The notes beneath the pieces were generated by a model. That model was given only the letters and a program-made list of their open reading frames with translations. It searched no databases and had not been told where the DNA came from. From the NCBI RefSeq assembly GCF_009914755.1, contig NC_060927.1: a DNA stretch of 64,000 nt; one strand, written 5' to 3'. The position numbers were made by a program, and so were the translations under genes. Positions 42,175 through 57,188 of this stretch are shown here, piece by piece (within the stretch, counting starts at the first letter, position 1; each line of letters opens with the position of its first letter). This DNA comes from the human T2T-CHM13v2.0 reference genome, Homo sapiens.

Positions 42175-45100
42175 CTAGCAAATATTGAATGCCTAGTAGG
42201 CACTGTTAGAGGCTTCACATTTTAAATTACATTTAACACTTTATAGTATGTTTTTGAGAAAAATACAACTAATTCCACTTAACAGAAAATTAAGGTGCAG
42301 CAAGATTGGTAAACCTGCTACTCAGTGAAGTGGCAACCATCATTGAATCTGTTGAAGATAAAGGTTATATTTCATATAATGTTTTCCTCCATGTTTTTTC
42401 TTCTTCTGCCGTTATCACCATTACCACCCAATCTTTGATTTTATCCTCTTTTGTGTTTGCCTCTAGTCTTCTTAATGACACCCAGCAGGAGGCTGACAGA
42501 TAGCAAGGCCCAGCCCCACTCTTGGCCTGGAGACCAAGGAGGGCATCCAGCTTAGCCACGGGTTCCATTCACCTCTGAACACACTATGCCTCTTCGTTCT
42601 CTAGTTTTGCATCTGGCAATTAGAGACAAATTTTTTCAGTTAATTAAACCACACCCTACTGACTCCTCGGTGACTCCTCACTAGCTTCCATGTTAGGATT
42701 AGACTGCTCTAGACCATGCACTTTTCTGTTTAATCACAGCACCCTCCCCTGCAACCTCTACCAATTTCTGTAGATTTCTTCTGGACTGTCTGACTTCACC
42801 CTGCTTGCTCACATGTAGCTCAACTGGACATAAATACAGTCACCACAAATATACAAATTATGGCACATAGCACACATACAATTTTTCTTATGTGGATCTT
42901 TGTTCTTATGATTTCCTGTCTTCAAAGTACTTAATGCTATTTTCTCATCAAAAGCCTTATATCCATCAAACCCCAGCTAAAAGGTCCCATAGTTATAAAA
43001 TCATTAGGCTGCTCTGAGTTTATGGAAGGCTTGTTTTATATCTTTCGAGGTCCTTGCATGCACTTGGTACAAAGTCAAAGATCAGTAAAGACGTATTGAA
43101 TGAATGAAGCCTTTTTTGATACCTTTAACTATGAGAGATTGTTCCTTCTTCTGAATCCTCATCACAATTGTATCCGGAGCAATTTCCCTGGACTTCATGG
43201 AGGATTTCTATGAAGGATTTACTTAAAATGTTCCCACTTAAATTAATTATTCATTATTGAGGGAGTTATACCCTAAAAGGTTTGAAGGATGGATCAGGGT
43301 GTGAGGCTCCGTGTACAGAATATGACAATGCCAGTGTCTGCCGAAGTATGACTCTAGCAATGACAACATTTCATGTCATCCTCATCAGTGGAAAGAAAGT
43401 TATCACTTTTAATCCTAGGATGACATTTGTTTCTTTCTGACAGACATGGACTCCAAATAGGCCATTTAGATGCTCACAACTTAAAGTAGCATCCAGTTTC
43501 TTCTCCTTTGTTCGAAAGTTATTTATTGTCAACTTCATTGGATTAGCTTTCCATTTAAATGGCATCTGAGAAAACACAGCTTTTTCTAATAACTTGTTGC
43601 ATTTTCCTTAGAATAAATGGCCTGAGAAAGAGGGTATTTTTATCATTTGCCCATCACCCCAATAACAGTATGTTCCTAGTTTCCCTGTCAATAGAAGTTT
43701 CGAAAAAACAAATTAGAAAAAGAGCAGCTAAAGTCAGGAATGTTGATAGCAGCAAGAAATGGCAGCCTGATGGTGATGGAGGAGACAGCTGACATAAGAA
43801 CCAATAAACTTAGCAGTCAAGAATCTTTTAGAGCTTTAGGCAAATAGTCTGACTCTTCATATACAACAGCTGGCTTTCATAAAGGGAAGCAGTATAGGAA
43901 AGTATTATAAGGGTTTTGAGTATTAATTTGGGTAACATTTAGATTTCAGTCTATATTTGGTGAATTTAAGGAGCCAAGGACACAGGACATAAATGATGAA
44001 TAATAACTCCCTTCTAGGTCTTAAAATCTGGGTGTTTTTTTGGATAACTTTATTAAGTAATTAAAAATAGCTATTTTTAATATAAGAAAATAAGTATGTA
44101 AGTTTGAGAATGACTTTCATCCAAATTAATTCACTGAGGAAAAATACTTCTCTGTGTTATTTAAGTGAAACCCAAAGGTTGGTAATCCTCTGCTCTGATG
44201 GGTCAAACACGTTAGGTTTGTGTAGAGTTAGAGTGTCCTCTAGACACTATCCAATCCAGTGCCTTCTTTATTTTATAAGGAGGGAATTGGCACATCAAGA
44301 AAAGTGCCCAGTCTAAACCACAAAGAAAGTGACTATAAATGCAAGGATTTGAACCACATTTTTTTTTGACTACCAGTCCAGGGAGCTTACTACCATAACA
44401 TGTAACACTCTAAAAATGGAATAATATGACATTCAAATTGACAGGCATCCTAACTTGGTCTGTAAACTCATTCATTCACCTTCATTAAACAAAAATTCAT
44501 TAAGTGGTTTCTATGTACCTGGCACTGTAAGCAGCCATGTTTATTTCAGCATAAATATTTACTGCACAAACACACATATATTCCAACATTGTGAGTCATG
44601 AAATCTTAGGTTGGACCTTTGGTTTGGAAACTTTGTCTTCCTCTCTTCAGCCATGAACATGACCACCTCTAGGACAAGCACATTTAAAGTTTCCCAAGCA
44701 GATAAACATCTCTTTTAAGGACTTTCAGTTTGGGAGATTCCGTGACCATTTTTGGTAACCCTTTTTATAATTATTCACTCTCACTTGATCTAAATTCTGC
44801 TCTTGATTTAACCTCAAGTCTTTTCTTCTGCAGGTTAAGATCACTTTTTTTCACCTTTTAGGAGAGGAATGTTCAGGTCTTAGTATCCTTCTGAGAATTT
44901 CTCATATTCATTAAGTTATCCCTTGGGTTAACTCTTGTTTTTTTTTTTTTTTTGTCTAACCAGCATAACACAAATTATTCTGGTCTTTCAGCATAGATCT
45001 TAATTTATTGGGGGTAGAAAAGGATCTTACAAATGATCTAGTTTTAACTACCTGATATTACAGATGGATCCCCGGAGCCCGGAGAAGTAAAAGGTTCAAG

Positions 45101-47849
45101 TTACCCAGTTGAATAGTGGCAGATCCATCTTTTGAACCCAGGCCTTCTAATTCTCACTCAAGGTTTTTACAATGGCACCACAATGCCCCTGAATCTTTTT
45201 TTGATGAACATTGCCGATCTGCTTTATTTATTACTTACCTCTGCCTCAAGTAATATAACCCATACAATTTCTTGGTTACCCTTGCCAGTAAGTGGTTAAT
45301 CTCACTGAGCTAAAGGCCCTGGAAACTTCTGGGAGGGAGCCAGGTGAGCAAAGAGAGCAGATAAAGGCAGCACCTGCCGATGGGTTTGGAACAGCCTGGG
45401 GACATGGAGAGAATGTAAACACATTCTGCAAATCTTATTGTCTGACTCTGTGCCAGCGTCTTTTGGGTTCTTGTCATGGAAAATATTTCCTCTGAGGTCA
45501 TTCAATGAGCAAAGGAGCATTGAATACCCTCCAGGGTGCCAACTCTGTCCCTGCTTTTGTCCAGATTAAATAAGCAAGAGACTAACATTTCATGGGCCTA
45601 GAAGTCTGCCTTTCAACAATACTTGCTCTAAGGTAGGGGGAAAGGAGACATTAAGAAAATAGATCATGTTGTTCTGAGTTGCTCTCTCCCCATCGCCCGC
45701 CCGCCTCCTCCCACTCACAGCCTCCCTCTGTTTGCTCACCCATACTTACAAGCACACGCCCTGCGTTTAGAGCAAGAGTTAATGTCTGTGCTTCCTCATA
45801 AATCTCGGTTTGGTGCCTCGAGCTATGTTTTTAATTCTGTGGTGGAGCTTTGAGATTTGAGATGAGTAGAAAGGAGGGGCAGCTGATGGAGGTAATAATG
45901 AAAGCTGCCATCTTTCCTTCTAGGGAGCTAGGTGTCCTCATTCAGTTTTGCTAACAGGTAGGTTAGTGCCTTAACAGAGACTCTTTGGAGGCCAGGGTAG
46001 AAGGAGAGTGAGAAGTCCAGGGAGAGGAAGCCAGCTATGTTGCCCTATGCAAGAGGACCTGTGGCTTCTCTCTGAAGAAAGAAGAATGCACGGAATGAGT
46101 ATATTAACTCAGACTGAGGACTGACTGGCATATTTTCTAGCTCAGCTAAAAACAACTTGGAGGAGAGGAGTCTTTCCTGTCAAAAATAATTTATTCTCTT
46201 ACAAAGTTGGTTATCAAAGAATGTGTTTCCTTCTTCCAACCTGTAGCTGCTTTTTGTGTTGTTAAGCCATATTTGTTTTTCATGACTGTGTGCTTTGCCA
46301 CTAGTATGAGCAGTTTCTACTGTATAAAACTCACCCCTTCAGCATGTCTTTGCTTTTTTTGTGTGTAGAAAGCAAAACTTCTATTGGTCTGCTATGATGA
46401 TTTAAAGTAGTAATTGCTCTGGTCTTCTATCCTGCCAACAACGGTGTTTGAGTAGAACTCTGAATCTGAGTCACTGAGTGAAACATGTAATTAACATGAC
46501 TAAAGTAAGAACTGTGATCTTTGAAAACTCTAGTCTCAGTTACATATCTATAAAATCAAAGAATTGGAAACTGACCTCTCCAAAAGGCCTTCCAACTCAG
46601 ATAGTTTAGGATCCTAAACATCCATGACTATTACAAACCTTCTTCCACCAAGTCCTTATGGGACCCTTCCCCTGCCTCTGCCTCTTTCTGGGAGGCTTTG
46701 GAACTTACTAGAAGTAAAGAGTACATTGTCCTTCTTACTTCCACTACTGTGGGAATGGAGGCCAGATCCAGCTGGTTTCCTTGAGGATAGAAAGTGGGAA
46801 TAATTGAAATAAGTGATCCTCTATTTCTGAAATGAGACTTGCAAGTTTCTATTTGTGCTTTTTGAGGTCTGGGAACAAATTGATAGTAAAATCGGCTCAT
46901 AGATTGTCAGATCATGGGCTTACAGAGTTCAGGCACTGAGTCTTATTCCTTTCTCTATACCCTGCATAGAGAATGTGCTAAGAAAATGGTGGAATTGAAA
47001 ATGGAGAACTTTGGAATGTTTTAGAGGATCAGCTCTGAGGTGATTTAAAAGATTACTTTTAACCCATCAGAAAATATAATTAAGAAGTTAGGCTTATTCA
47101 GACTGAAGAAAAGAGAATTGAAGAGCTTATTTAAGCTATCTGAATGGAAGTTTTTCTGATGGATTTAGATTCAAGTAGAAATCTTACATATGAAAACATT
47201 GATGGAAAGCAGAAGCTGACACATAAGAAGCATCCTTGGACCCGGATACAGGTGGAAGAAGAGGTATCAATAGGTGAAGACAAGCATAAAACATCCCAAT
47301 ACTTCCTCTGTGCTAGAGATTTGCTTCTCTGGTTTTGTTTATGTCCAGTGATTCTGGTGTTTTTCCTTTCCCTGCCCCTTTTTTAAAATTACATTTCACT
47401 AGTGGTTCTTGACTTGATGATCTGATTAAGTCTGGTGATATTCTTTAACTTATTTCCTGTAACTACATCTATGTCTTCAAAAGTAGCTCAAAATTACTAT
47501 ATGGGTTAAATAAAATAAAAAATATAAGATCTCTAACAGTACAGAGTGGGTAGTATGGTTCATAGTAGACACTCAATATATGCTGGTGGGACAGTGCCTT
47601 ACAGAAACAAAACTTTTTATCATCCATTATCCTCCTGTTTTTCACAAAATTATTGTGACCTACAGAATCAGAAAGGTGGTGTGAAATGCCCAAAGACACA
47701 AGCTAGTGAAAGTCATGATTTATACCGAGTATAATTTCAGAAAGAAAACTTCCAAATATTTATTTGCTTGATAATTTGATGTTGGCAACCTTTACTTAGG
47801 ACTTTAATTAACCCATCATAGCAGCTCAGTGAGAAAGACCCAGTCTTCT

Positions 47850-48186
<337 letters not shown>

Positions 48187-50600
48187 TAATTGTCTCCTTC
48201 ACATCCAGTGCTTCCTTATTTTCCTATAGTCTCAAAATTGCTCATATTGAGTATATTTAAGAATGCATAGTTTGTTTTGAGACAGAGGTTTTCTTCTGAT
48301 AACTGACTGGGATCCGTAGGCAGGCTTTTTTCACCCATGAATGATGACAGCCTCCTCAGAGCAATTCTTTTAACTTTGTGTCTATTGGAAATAAGGCTAT
48401 GTTATGCAATAGCAGGGCTTTAGCTTTGAATATATTTTGTAGCCTTAGCCCAGAATGGTGAAAAGACCCCTGAATGAGGTCTCAGGAAACCAGGACTCTT
48501 GCCAGTTCATCCCTGTCTTGTAGTGATGCTTTGGGAAAATTCTGGTACTTTCTGAGTCTCAGTTTTTTCCATCCACAGAAAGGAAGCACTGGGCTATAGC
48601 TTCCAAGAGCCCTTCTAGCTCTGACATTCTACAGTTTATAAACCTTATCTGCATTTCCACTGAGAAATAGCTGATTTGTGCTTTTCCATGTTTGTAAAAT
48701 GTTGTGGTAGGTCCTGAAAGCCTCTTGGAATGATAGGATAGTACTTGCTGTGACCTTTGCAGTAGAGGACTTGTTCTGCTCAGTGGGGCTAATTAGATGC
48801 TTCTGAACTAGAGAATTCATACCCCAAGACTGCTTATGGATGTTGTATGTCTGCAACCAGATGATCGTTACTGGCATCATGACCACCTACACTATTCACA
48901 CAGCATGACTGAGGTCATGGAATGTCTCGATATAGAGATTCTAAAGAACAGATGAGGAAGTCCTGTTTTTTTCTAAATATGGGAAGACATATTCAGAAGA
49001 TTCAGAAAGAGAAATGATTCAGATTCAGAAAGAGAAATAAGCTTGCCCATAGTCACGCAATGTTAAGTGTCAAAACCGAGACTGTATCACAGGACTCCCG
49101 GACATCCAGCTCACTGCACTTTTACTCCACTCTGTCGCCTCCCAGGATTTCTTTCATGTGAGTACGTTACTATTAAATAAAGTATTTCTGGTCATAAAGG
49201 CATCTGCAGTCTCCACGATTGTTCTAATGGTGTTTGACAAAAGAGAAGATGATCGTCTTTCATAGCACTGTGATACTAACAGCTTTGCTGGATGGCCTGA
49301 GAAGCCCCACCCTTGGAGTGATAACTTAGCTTCAGATTAATCTTCCTAGTTTTCACCTCTGGAGCTCAGGAAAGAAGGTTGGCTGAACTTGTATATTTGG
49401 AAGTATACTATATCTCTGAGAAAGGTCCTTTTTATAGTCACATTGACTGGTTATTTAGAAATAGGGTCCCTCTTGAATTTCATGCTCAAACTTCATTTGA
49501 GGTTTCCCTAAGGTAAAAGAATATAATGTGTACTTATTAGGCAAGCTCTCTTGGCAGATTTTCATCCCCTTTGGATAAAAGCAAAATTGCACCCAGCACA
49601 TAAATTGACATATGAAGCAGTAAATAATTCCATTGTGCAAGTTGTTTTAATGGACTCAATCCAGAATGCTCCATTTACCAGCACTCATAGAATATTCATT
49701 GAGTTTAGAGTTTATTGTCAGGCCAGAAAAAAAAGAGCTGGGGGATAATAAATGCCAGTATACTAGCTGAGAAGGAGAGGGAGAAAGAAAACTTTAGAGG
49801 TATATTTTTCTTCTATTTTTCTATTCTTCTCAATATTTTTCTTTACTCTGTCTTTTTTTTCCTATATACTTTTTTTTTTTTTTTTCATTTTTCTTCTTGG
49901 GCAAAGGATTAAGTACAAAAAAAAGTTGGGTGTCAGTTTTCAAATATAATCATCAAAAATCTGATAACTGGCCAGCAGAATGTTTCAGGGACTTTTTTTA
50001 CTTTCCTTTTGTGAGAAAAGTTCAGGTATTAACCAGTTGGGGAGCGGAGTGTTATATGCATTTGTGTGAAATTGTGCTTATACCATCTCCACATGGATAA
50101 ACATTCAGAAACCATAACAGCATTCCCGAAGGAATCCTTCCTTAATACAGGAAGTGACAGTTTTGTGAAGGCACCACAATTAAGCTCTGGTTTTTCATTC
50201 CAGAAATCCCAGGATTTAATTTTTAGACAAAATGAGACATCCGTGAAGTTCCATAGGGCTGTTTAGAATTACAGGCAACTTAGTTTCCAAGCTTGTCGAA
50301 TGCAGGGCACCTGAGTTTGGCTTAACCTCCGGGCATCTCTTTGCATTCAGAGATACCTGAAACCACAAATCATAAATTCTGATGGACACATGCAAAAGAG
50401 GCCTCAGAAACACGGTTTTGTTATTCAATGTGGCCACACTCCTCTACCATGAGTTCTCTCCCTGTTATCTCAAGCTTACTTTCTCTTGCTCTGCACTTAG
50501 GTTTACCAAATGACCAGGCCTGGGCTATGCCAGAGTGGCTTCCTCCCACATCTTGTGGATTAAGACTGTGAACTTAACAGGAGGGGCAGGCACAGTCTTT

Positions 50601-50620
50601 CTACAAGCTTTGACATGTTT
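50601..50620. promoter_or_regulatory. Candidate p63/p53-family response element
   Basis: CTACAAGCTT TGACATGTTT: two RRRCWWGYYY half-sites with no spacer and 3 mismatches, all in R positions. Confidence 0.35.
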
Positions 50621-51188
50621 GTTGCTGCAATTTCACTGAATGGAATGTGTGCAGAGAATAGAGGACAATGAGATTCAGAATCTGAAGTCGCAGAGCATTT
50701 TGAATTTGTCAGCGTCCCCCTCAAAAATCGTGTATATTCTACCATTTAAGAAGTCCCATGTCTTTTCTCAGTCAGTTATTGCTTCTGTGGAAACTGTTAT
50801 TGTCATGGCAGCTCCTTTCTTCTTGAAACTGTCTCCCACCTGAACTGTTCTGTTACTGTTCACCTCTTTGATACCTCCTCTCTTTCTCTTTTAATTCTTA
50901 CCATCAGAATCTTGGTGTGACATCAATATCCGTACTTCCAGCTCTAGCCACTGTTCTGAGTGTCAGACTCACATTTCCAAGTAGGTGTTTCCCATATAGA
51001 ATTCCTCCAAACACCTTGAATTTCCTATTTTTAAAACCTAATTCACCTTTTTCTTCTCATCCCCTAAAATCTTTTGAACAGTTTAACTAGTTGGGAGTTA
51101 ATATGAAGGCTGACTGATGTATTACATTCTATTTTTTTTTTTTTGGAAATGGAAATGACTAATCTAATGGAAAACGCCTTTCTTGTAG

Positions 51189-51342
51189 GAGACAAGGAGA
51201 AGGCCTTAGGATCTACTGGGGGAGTCCGGAGGAGCAGTCTCTTCTGTCCCGCTGGAACCCATGGTCCACTGAAGTTCCTTATGCTACTTTCACTGAGCAT
51301 CCTATGAAATACACCAGTGAGAAATTCCTTGAAATTTGCAAG
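51189..51342 (+). CDS. TPRG1: TPRG1 penultimate coding exon (154 nt; phase 2 at start, phase 0 at end)
   Basis: Branch-like tgactaatctaat, then ctttcttgtAG acceptor and AAG|GTAGGA donor. Translates to RQGEGLRIYWGSPEEQSLLSRWNPWSTEVPYATFTEHPMKYTSEKFLEICK, matching recalled TPRG1 and in frame with the next exon. Missed by the ORF track. Confidence 0.95.
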
Positions 51343-51427
51343 GTAGGAGGCATCTTGGGTATTACTCTCAGATTAGCTTTGTTGCTGGAGCTATGTGCTT
51401 CTAGGGACGTGTACTCCTAAACAAAAC

Positions 51428-51476
51428 AAAATAAAATAAAATAAAATAAAATAAAATAAAATAAAATAAAATAAAA
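51428..51476. repeat. (AAAAT)n microsatellite
   Basis: Read directly; about 85 nt after the TPRG1 exon donor. Confidence 0.95.
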
Positions 51477-52815
51477 CCAGCAATTTATATAGACAAAAAC
51501 GGTAATAGGTTTATAATTTATTTTAGTAAAGAGTCAAACTGTTTTTATATGTAAATATACATTATATTTATATATAACATGCTGCTTTCCGCTTGCTAAT
51601 TGCATGCATTGCCTACATGGTGTATATACTTTCCCACATATAATCACATTCTAATTATTTTATTCATGGAAGTGTGGAATAGTATAAAGCATAGTTCGAT
51701 GAGGTTCTATGGTCATGCTCGATTAAGTCACTTGTCTTTCTGAGACTTGGTAGTCTCACGTCTAAAATGAAGATAATGAGCACTGCCTTTCCTCCCAACC
51801 TCACTGGACCATTATAAGGTTAAATAGAATGATGTGTGTATAAATACTCCATGAAGTGTAAAGCTATTCACAATTTCTTTGTCTTTAAATTTCATCTCAT
51901 CAAGCAGATATTAGACTTATTTCTAAAGGGAACAGTTTTCTATTATTCTCTCACCTCCCCCAGGCATCTAAAGCAGAACGGGGGCATTCTAAGTAGTCAA
52001 GAAGGAAAACAGCTGGAGCTGAAAATGTAGTGAAAGATCAAACTTTATATTTTCAATAAAACCAAATATACATATGAGTGCGCTTATAGACCTAGAAATT
52101 CTTACCTTCTCCGTCCTTTTTATGTTTACTTTTATATTCTGTCATTCATTTCAGAATATTACAATTCTTTATTTGCTATGAATTCAAAACTTGGCAATCT
52201 GTATGTAAAGACTTTCTGTGGTTGATGGCATATATTACGTTTCTTGCATTAAACATACCTATTCGTGCAAGTGTAAATATATATGTATGTGTGTGAAAAT
52301 ATTTTAACTTGATAGGTCCTGGGGATTTTAAAAAGAATTTGAGGCAACATATATTTGATTACAGGCTAGATGGAGTCTTCATTCCCCCATAATACATAGA
52401 TGAAATGACCTCGAATCACATTATTCTCCCATGAAAAGTCAATGTTCCTCTCAAGAATTATGCAAATGTCCTCAGGGATTTATAGTGTCACGGTGTCCCT
52501 CAGGCTCCAAGCTGTTATTGACACTAAACTAGCTTGGTATATGGATCATGTTGCCACTCTTTATGGGACACTCCTATTTCAAATTTCTCAACCCAAGCCT
52601 CAGCATCAGCCCCTAGCCTGACTCTTTACCACTGAAAGCCAACAAAACAAAACAACCAATAAGAACAACCTAACACCTATTTGAAGGCAAGAATATGAGA
52701 ACAGACTCACCCAGGGCTTCAGGGGGACAGAGTGGGAGTTTGCATCATGCTCTTGCCGTGAACTTCAAATGCAATATCAGACTTCTCTGTTTCTAGAAGT
52801 TCTTATTAATAATAA

Positions 52816-53217
<402 letters not shown>

Positions 53218-55605
53218 TAATATATATTTTTGAATTAGTAGTAATTGTACTTTATTGTAAATCAAAATAAATACTAACTGCCTTAGTTGGTACATCCATC
53301 ATTTCCTGGGCCAAGTCTTCTCTTATTCCTCATACCTTGTGCATTAGATGGTTATTCCCTGAATGCCCTTTGCAGGAAGAAGTTCAGCGTGAGGAATTAA
53401 AGAACAAGTTTTATAAACTGCAGAGAAATAACACTGTCACATTCTAACATCTGATTGTGCTTTATCTTATTCTGTTATATATAAATACAATCAAATAATA
53501 CAAAAATAAAGATGAAAAGTAAAATATCAAAGAGGGTATGGAATATTATTTTCCAAATACCCACAAATGGAATTAATAGACTAGAGCATTGGATTTTGCC
53601 CTAGCCTTCCCAGTAGCAAAGGCTGAACAGGAAATTGATGTTCATGTAGCTCTTACTGGATGGAAGTAAGAATAACAGGTGGGAGGCACATGCACACACA
53701 CGAACATGATAGACGGTGAGTTGGTTGGTTGACTTTTAGCCAATCAAACTACTTCGCGGATCTGTTAAGTGTATTTCCTTTAAGGCTTTTCTCCTTAAAT
53801 TATTATTCCAAAGCTTTTTCTCTCTTTTTTTTTTCCTTTAGCAATAGTCTGGCACTTTCATTTGCCAAGCTATTTCTTATTCAAAGGCCACCCAAAGTCC
53901 CAGCTCTCTAGGAAAACAAATGATCTCCATCTGGAATGTGAGAGGATGAGTACTTTGATCCAGGTTTTTGTGTCTTATTTTCTCTTTTGTTGTTGGTTTT
54001 TATGTCACAATATTATTTATGTTTAGGACATTTTCCAAGATTGGCTTTGATTAAGACCCAGTTATATCAATGTAAAAGAATAAATAAGAAGAAAGATAAT
54101 TTGGGGGATCTAGAATTTTTTTATGTTAATATTTTGGCAAAAACATGAGATTTTAAAAGGGTTTAATAAACTGGTTTTTCCATCTCTCTGATGAATGAAA
54201 TAGGAAAAAAGTAGAATATGGGGAAAATGCATAACTAAATCAAAAACTGAAGCAATTTAATTCAGTTTAAGAAAACTATTGTCTCACGGGGAGGGAATAA
54301 CATAGAGCTGAGTTATGCAGTCAACACTTTTAAATTATTTACAATCTAATGGAACAAATTATTATTTTAAAATACATGAAAATATTCAAACTTATTCTTA
54401 CCCAGAGTCATTTCTTCTACTGTATCTAGAATCTCTTTATTCAAGAGATTTTCTAACACCAACAAAATGCAGGTATTATGATTGTTGCTGAGGATACCAA
54501 CAGAAATGAGACAAGGTTCTTGCCTTTGTGGAAGGCAGTGCTTAACAGGGGAGGCAGATAAAAATGCAAATATTTTTAAGAGTTCTAATTAACTGAAACT
54601 GAAGTTTGGATCAAGCAAAAAGGAGTAGAGGTACATGAGAGTATGCAGAAGGTTCTTAGATAAAGAGTAATTTGGTTTAACTGGAGTTTAATGTTACATA
54701 GTCCCCACTGTAGTTATAATGGCTTAGATAATAGATATAAGAGCCTAAACTAAGTTCGGAGCAGTAGGAAGGGAAAGAAGATGAGGAGATTTTGAGTTAT
54801 TCAGGAGAGAGAATTAATGAAAGCAAGTAACTGACAGGATATTGAAGATGATGAAGAAGTCAAAGATGACAAGGTTTCAGGATTGGGTAGATGGTGATTC
54901 CATTAATTTGATTGAAGAAAACTGGAAAAAGTAGGTTTGGGGACTCAGCTTACGACATGTTGAATTCGAAACATGTTGCATTTCTATAGAACTTGGGGTA
55001 GGGTTGGTTGTCAGGCAGTTAGAAATTTAGGTCTGAAGCTCAGTACAGAAAGCTGAACTGGTAATATAGGTTTGAGATTACACAACATTGGGCCAAAGCT
55101 GAGTAGTCATGGGGCTGGTGGGTCAGGAAGGTACCCAAAGAAAGAGCATTAATGGATATAATTACGTTCAAGTTAAAGTTTACGCTATGTCTAAGTCTGT
55201 TAACATTTATTGATAAAATTGCTGTAAAGTTTATACAATGCTATGTCAAAATATACTATTCCCATCTCACTAACTCTATACCACTTCCACATCTGGCAGA
55301 TATGGTGGTCAAATGGCCTTTTCCCAGACAGTCTTGCTTATCTCCCTGCTTCACCAAACTTTTCCAATCTGTTCACATACATAGTTTGTGTTACTCATAT
55401 AAAACAATGTGAAAGTATAAAATAAAATAGTAGCTTTTTGGCACTGCTTTTAATATTATGAGACATAAAAATATCTAGTATACTATTATATAATTATACT
55501 TTATATCTATTGATTACAATTTGAATACTATTTTCATGTAATTCAACTAATAAAACCCCTGTAAGATAAGGATAGGTGTCTTTGTTTTAAAAATGAGAAC
55601 ACTTG

Positions 55606-55941
55606 AGCCATGTGTGGTGGTGGCCTATGCCTGTAGTCCCAGTGACTCAGGAGGCTAAGGTGGGAGGATTGTTTGAGGCCAGAAGTTCAAGACCAGCCTA
55701 GGCAACAGAGTAAGACCATGTCTTTAAAAAAACTTAATAAAATAAATTAATGAGACATGGTGGCATGTACCAGTATTCCCATTCCAGTTACCTATAATCC
55801 CAGCTACTTGGAAGGCTAAGGCAGGAGGACTGCTTAAGCCCAGGAGTTCGAGTCTGCAGTGCAAGTCTGCAGTGAGCTGTGATTATACCATTGCATTCCA
55901 ACCTAGATGACAGAGCAAGATTTTGTCTCTTTAAAAAAAAA
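55606..55941 (+). mobile_element. AluJ inserted in an antisense MIR
   Basis: Diverged dimeric Alu with small internal duplications (gtctgcagtg x2); TSD aaaaatgag(a/g)aca(c/g)tt. Confidence 0.85.
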
Positions 55942-56047
55942 TGAGGACAGTTATTCAGAGGGATTAAGTGACTGAAATCATATAATAATAGTTCTATGTT
56001 ATACCCAGTTTCCTAATATTCAAGGAAATGGGTATAAGCCTGAAAGA

Positions 56048-56050
<3 letters not shown>

Positions 56051-56080
<30 letters not shown>
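56051..56080. repeat. (GT)15 microsatellite
   Basis: Read directly. Confidence 0.95.
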
Positions 56081-56082
<2 letters not shown>

Positions 56083-56804
56083 GGGGGGGTGAGAAAGAGA
56101 GAGACTGTGTGTACATTTGTATTAATTGATGTGATATGGTATAATATTGTATCTCAAAACCTGGCTCAATTATCCTCAATTATTTCATCCACTTTGTATT
56201 TGCAACTTATAGCCTTACCTTTTCTTTTTTAACCATCGCTTTGCTGGGTTCCTACAGTATGCAGAGAGTACTGCTGGGAAGGATGAGTACTGAACCCAGA
56301 ACTGATGAATAGCAGTGAACGCATTATGTGTGCCCTACAACCATCATGATCTACAGACCAACCATTTGTACTCTTTTCTTGTATTTCTATCCATCTTTTC
56401 AAGGGGATCATGTAAATGAACCAATGTTTTAGCAATTAAATTTAACTTTATACTCTTAGCCCTTTGTTTGCCTTTTACAACAATTCAACAAATATTCATT
56501 GAGTACTTACCTGGCAGTGACCATTACATGATGAGCAATATTCTGGATTACCAAGAAGAATAAAACTGATTTTGCCCTACAGATACTTACGGCGTAGGGG
56601 GAGGAGGCAGCAAAGACTTTCACAAATTATAATTTAAAGTACTAAGATTGTAAATAGGGGGAGCCCAAAAGTGGGAACAGATAAGTCCAAAAGTTAACAA
56701 GTCTGATGACATTTGATATGAAACTCAAGGTATGGGTGATTTAAGCACCAAAGAAGGTGGGAAAAGACATTTTAATTAGAGGAAACATGCTTAAAAGCTG
56801 CGAA

Positions 56805-57188
56805 TTACAAAGGTATACAAAATGTTCTCCGATAAAGACTAATTCAGTTTAGCTAAGTTTAAAGTGCACTTGTGTGTGTGTGCACACATGTGCATATGTT
56901 CAGAGAGGAGGGTTGGGGGATGGGATAGGATGAGGATGGAAATTGCTATGGGTAGAAACCTCTCTTGTGCAAGAAAAAAGAAGCTACTGCCTCTTCTTAT
57001 TTGTCTCTATGCACTTGAATTTATAGTCACAGGGGCTCTATGAGGATAATTCCAGGAAAAATGTGCAAAGATGATATATACAGTCTGTCCAGCAGTGTGA
57101 CTTCTCAAGTGATTTCAAGTACTGGGTATTGGATGGGCGTGCCCTCTATGACAGGAGACTTGGAGACTTCCTTCCATACACAGGGAGG
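56805..57188 (+). repeat. Source copy of a local 0.38-kb direct duplication
   Basis: About 94% identical to 58534-58910 by manual alignment. Confidence 0.95.

Noticed and set aside
42481-42497. CTCF-like ccagcaggaggc
   Set aside because: Partial match only; expected by chance.
51186-51191. TAGGAG tandem (NAGNAG) acceptor
   Set aside because: GAG acceptors are rarely used; the proximal TAG fits the protein.
51064-51300. Minus-strand 78-aa ORF over the exon
   Set aside because: Antisense shadow of the real TPRG1 exon.
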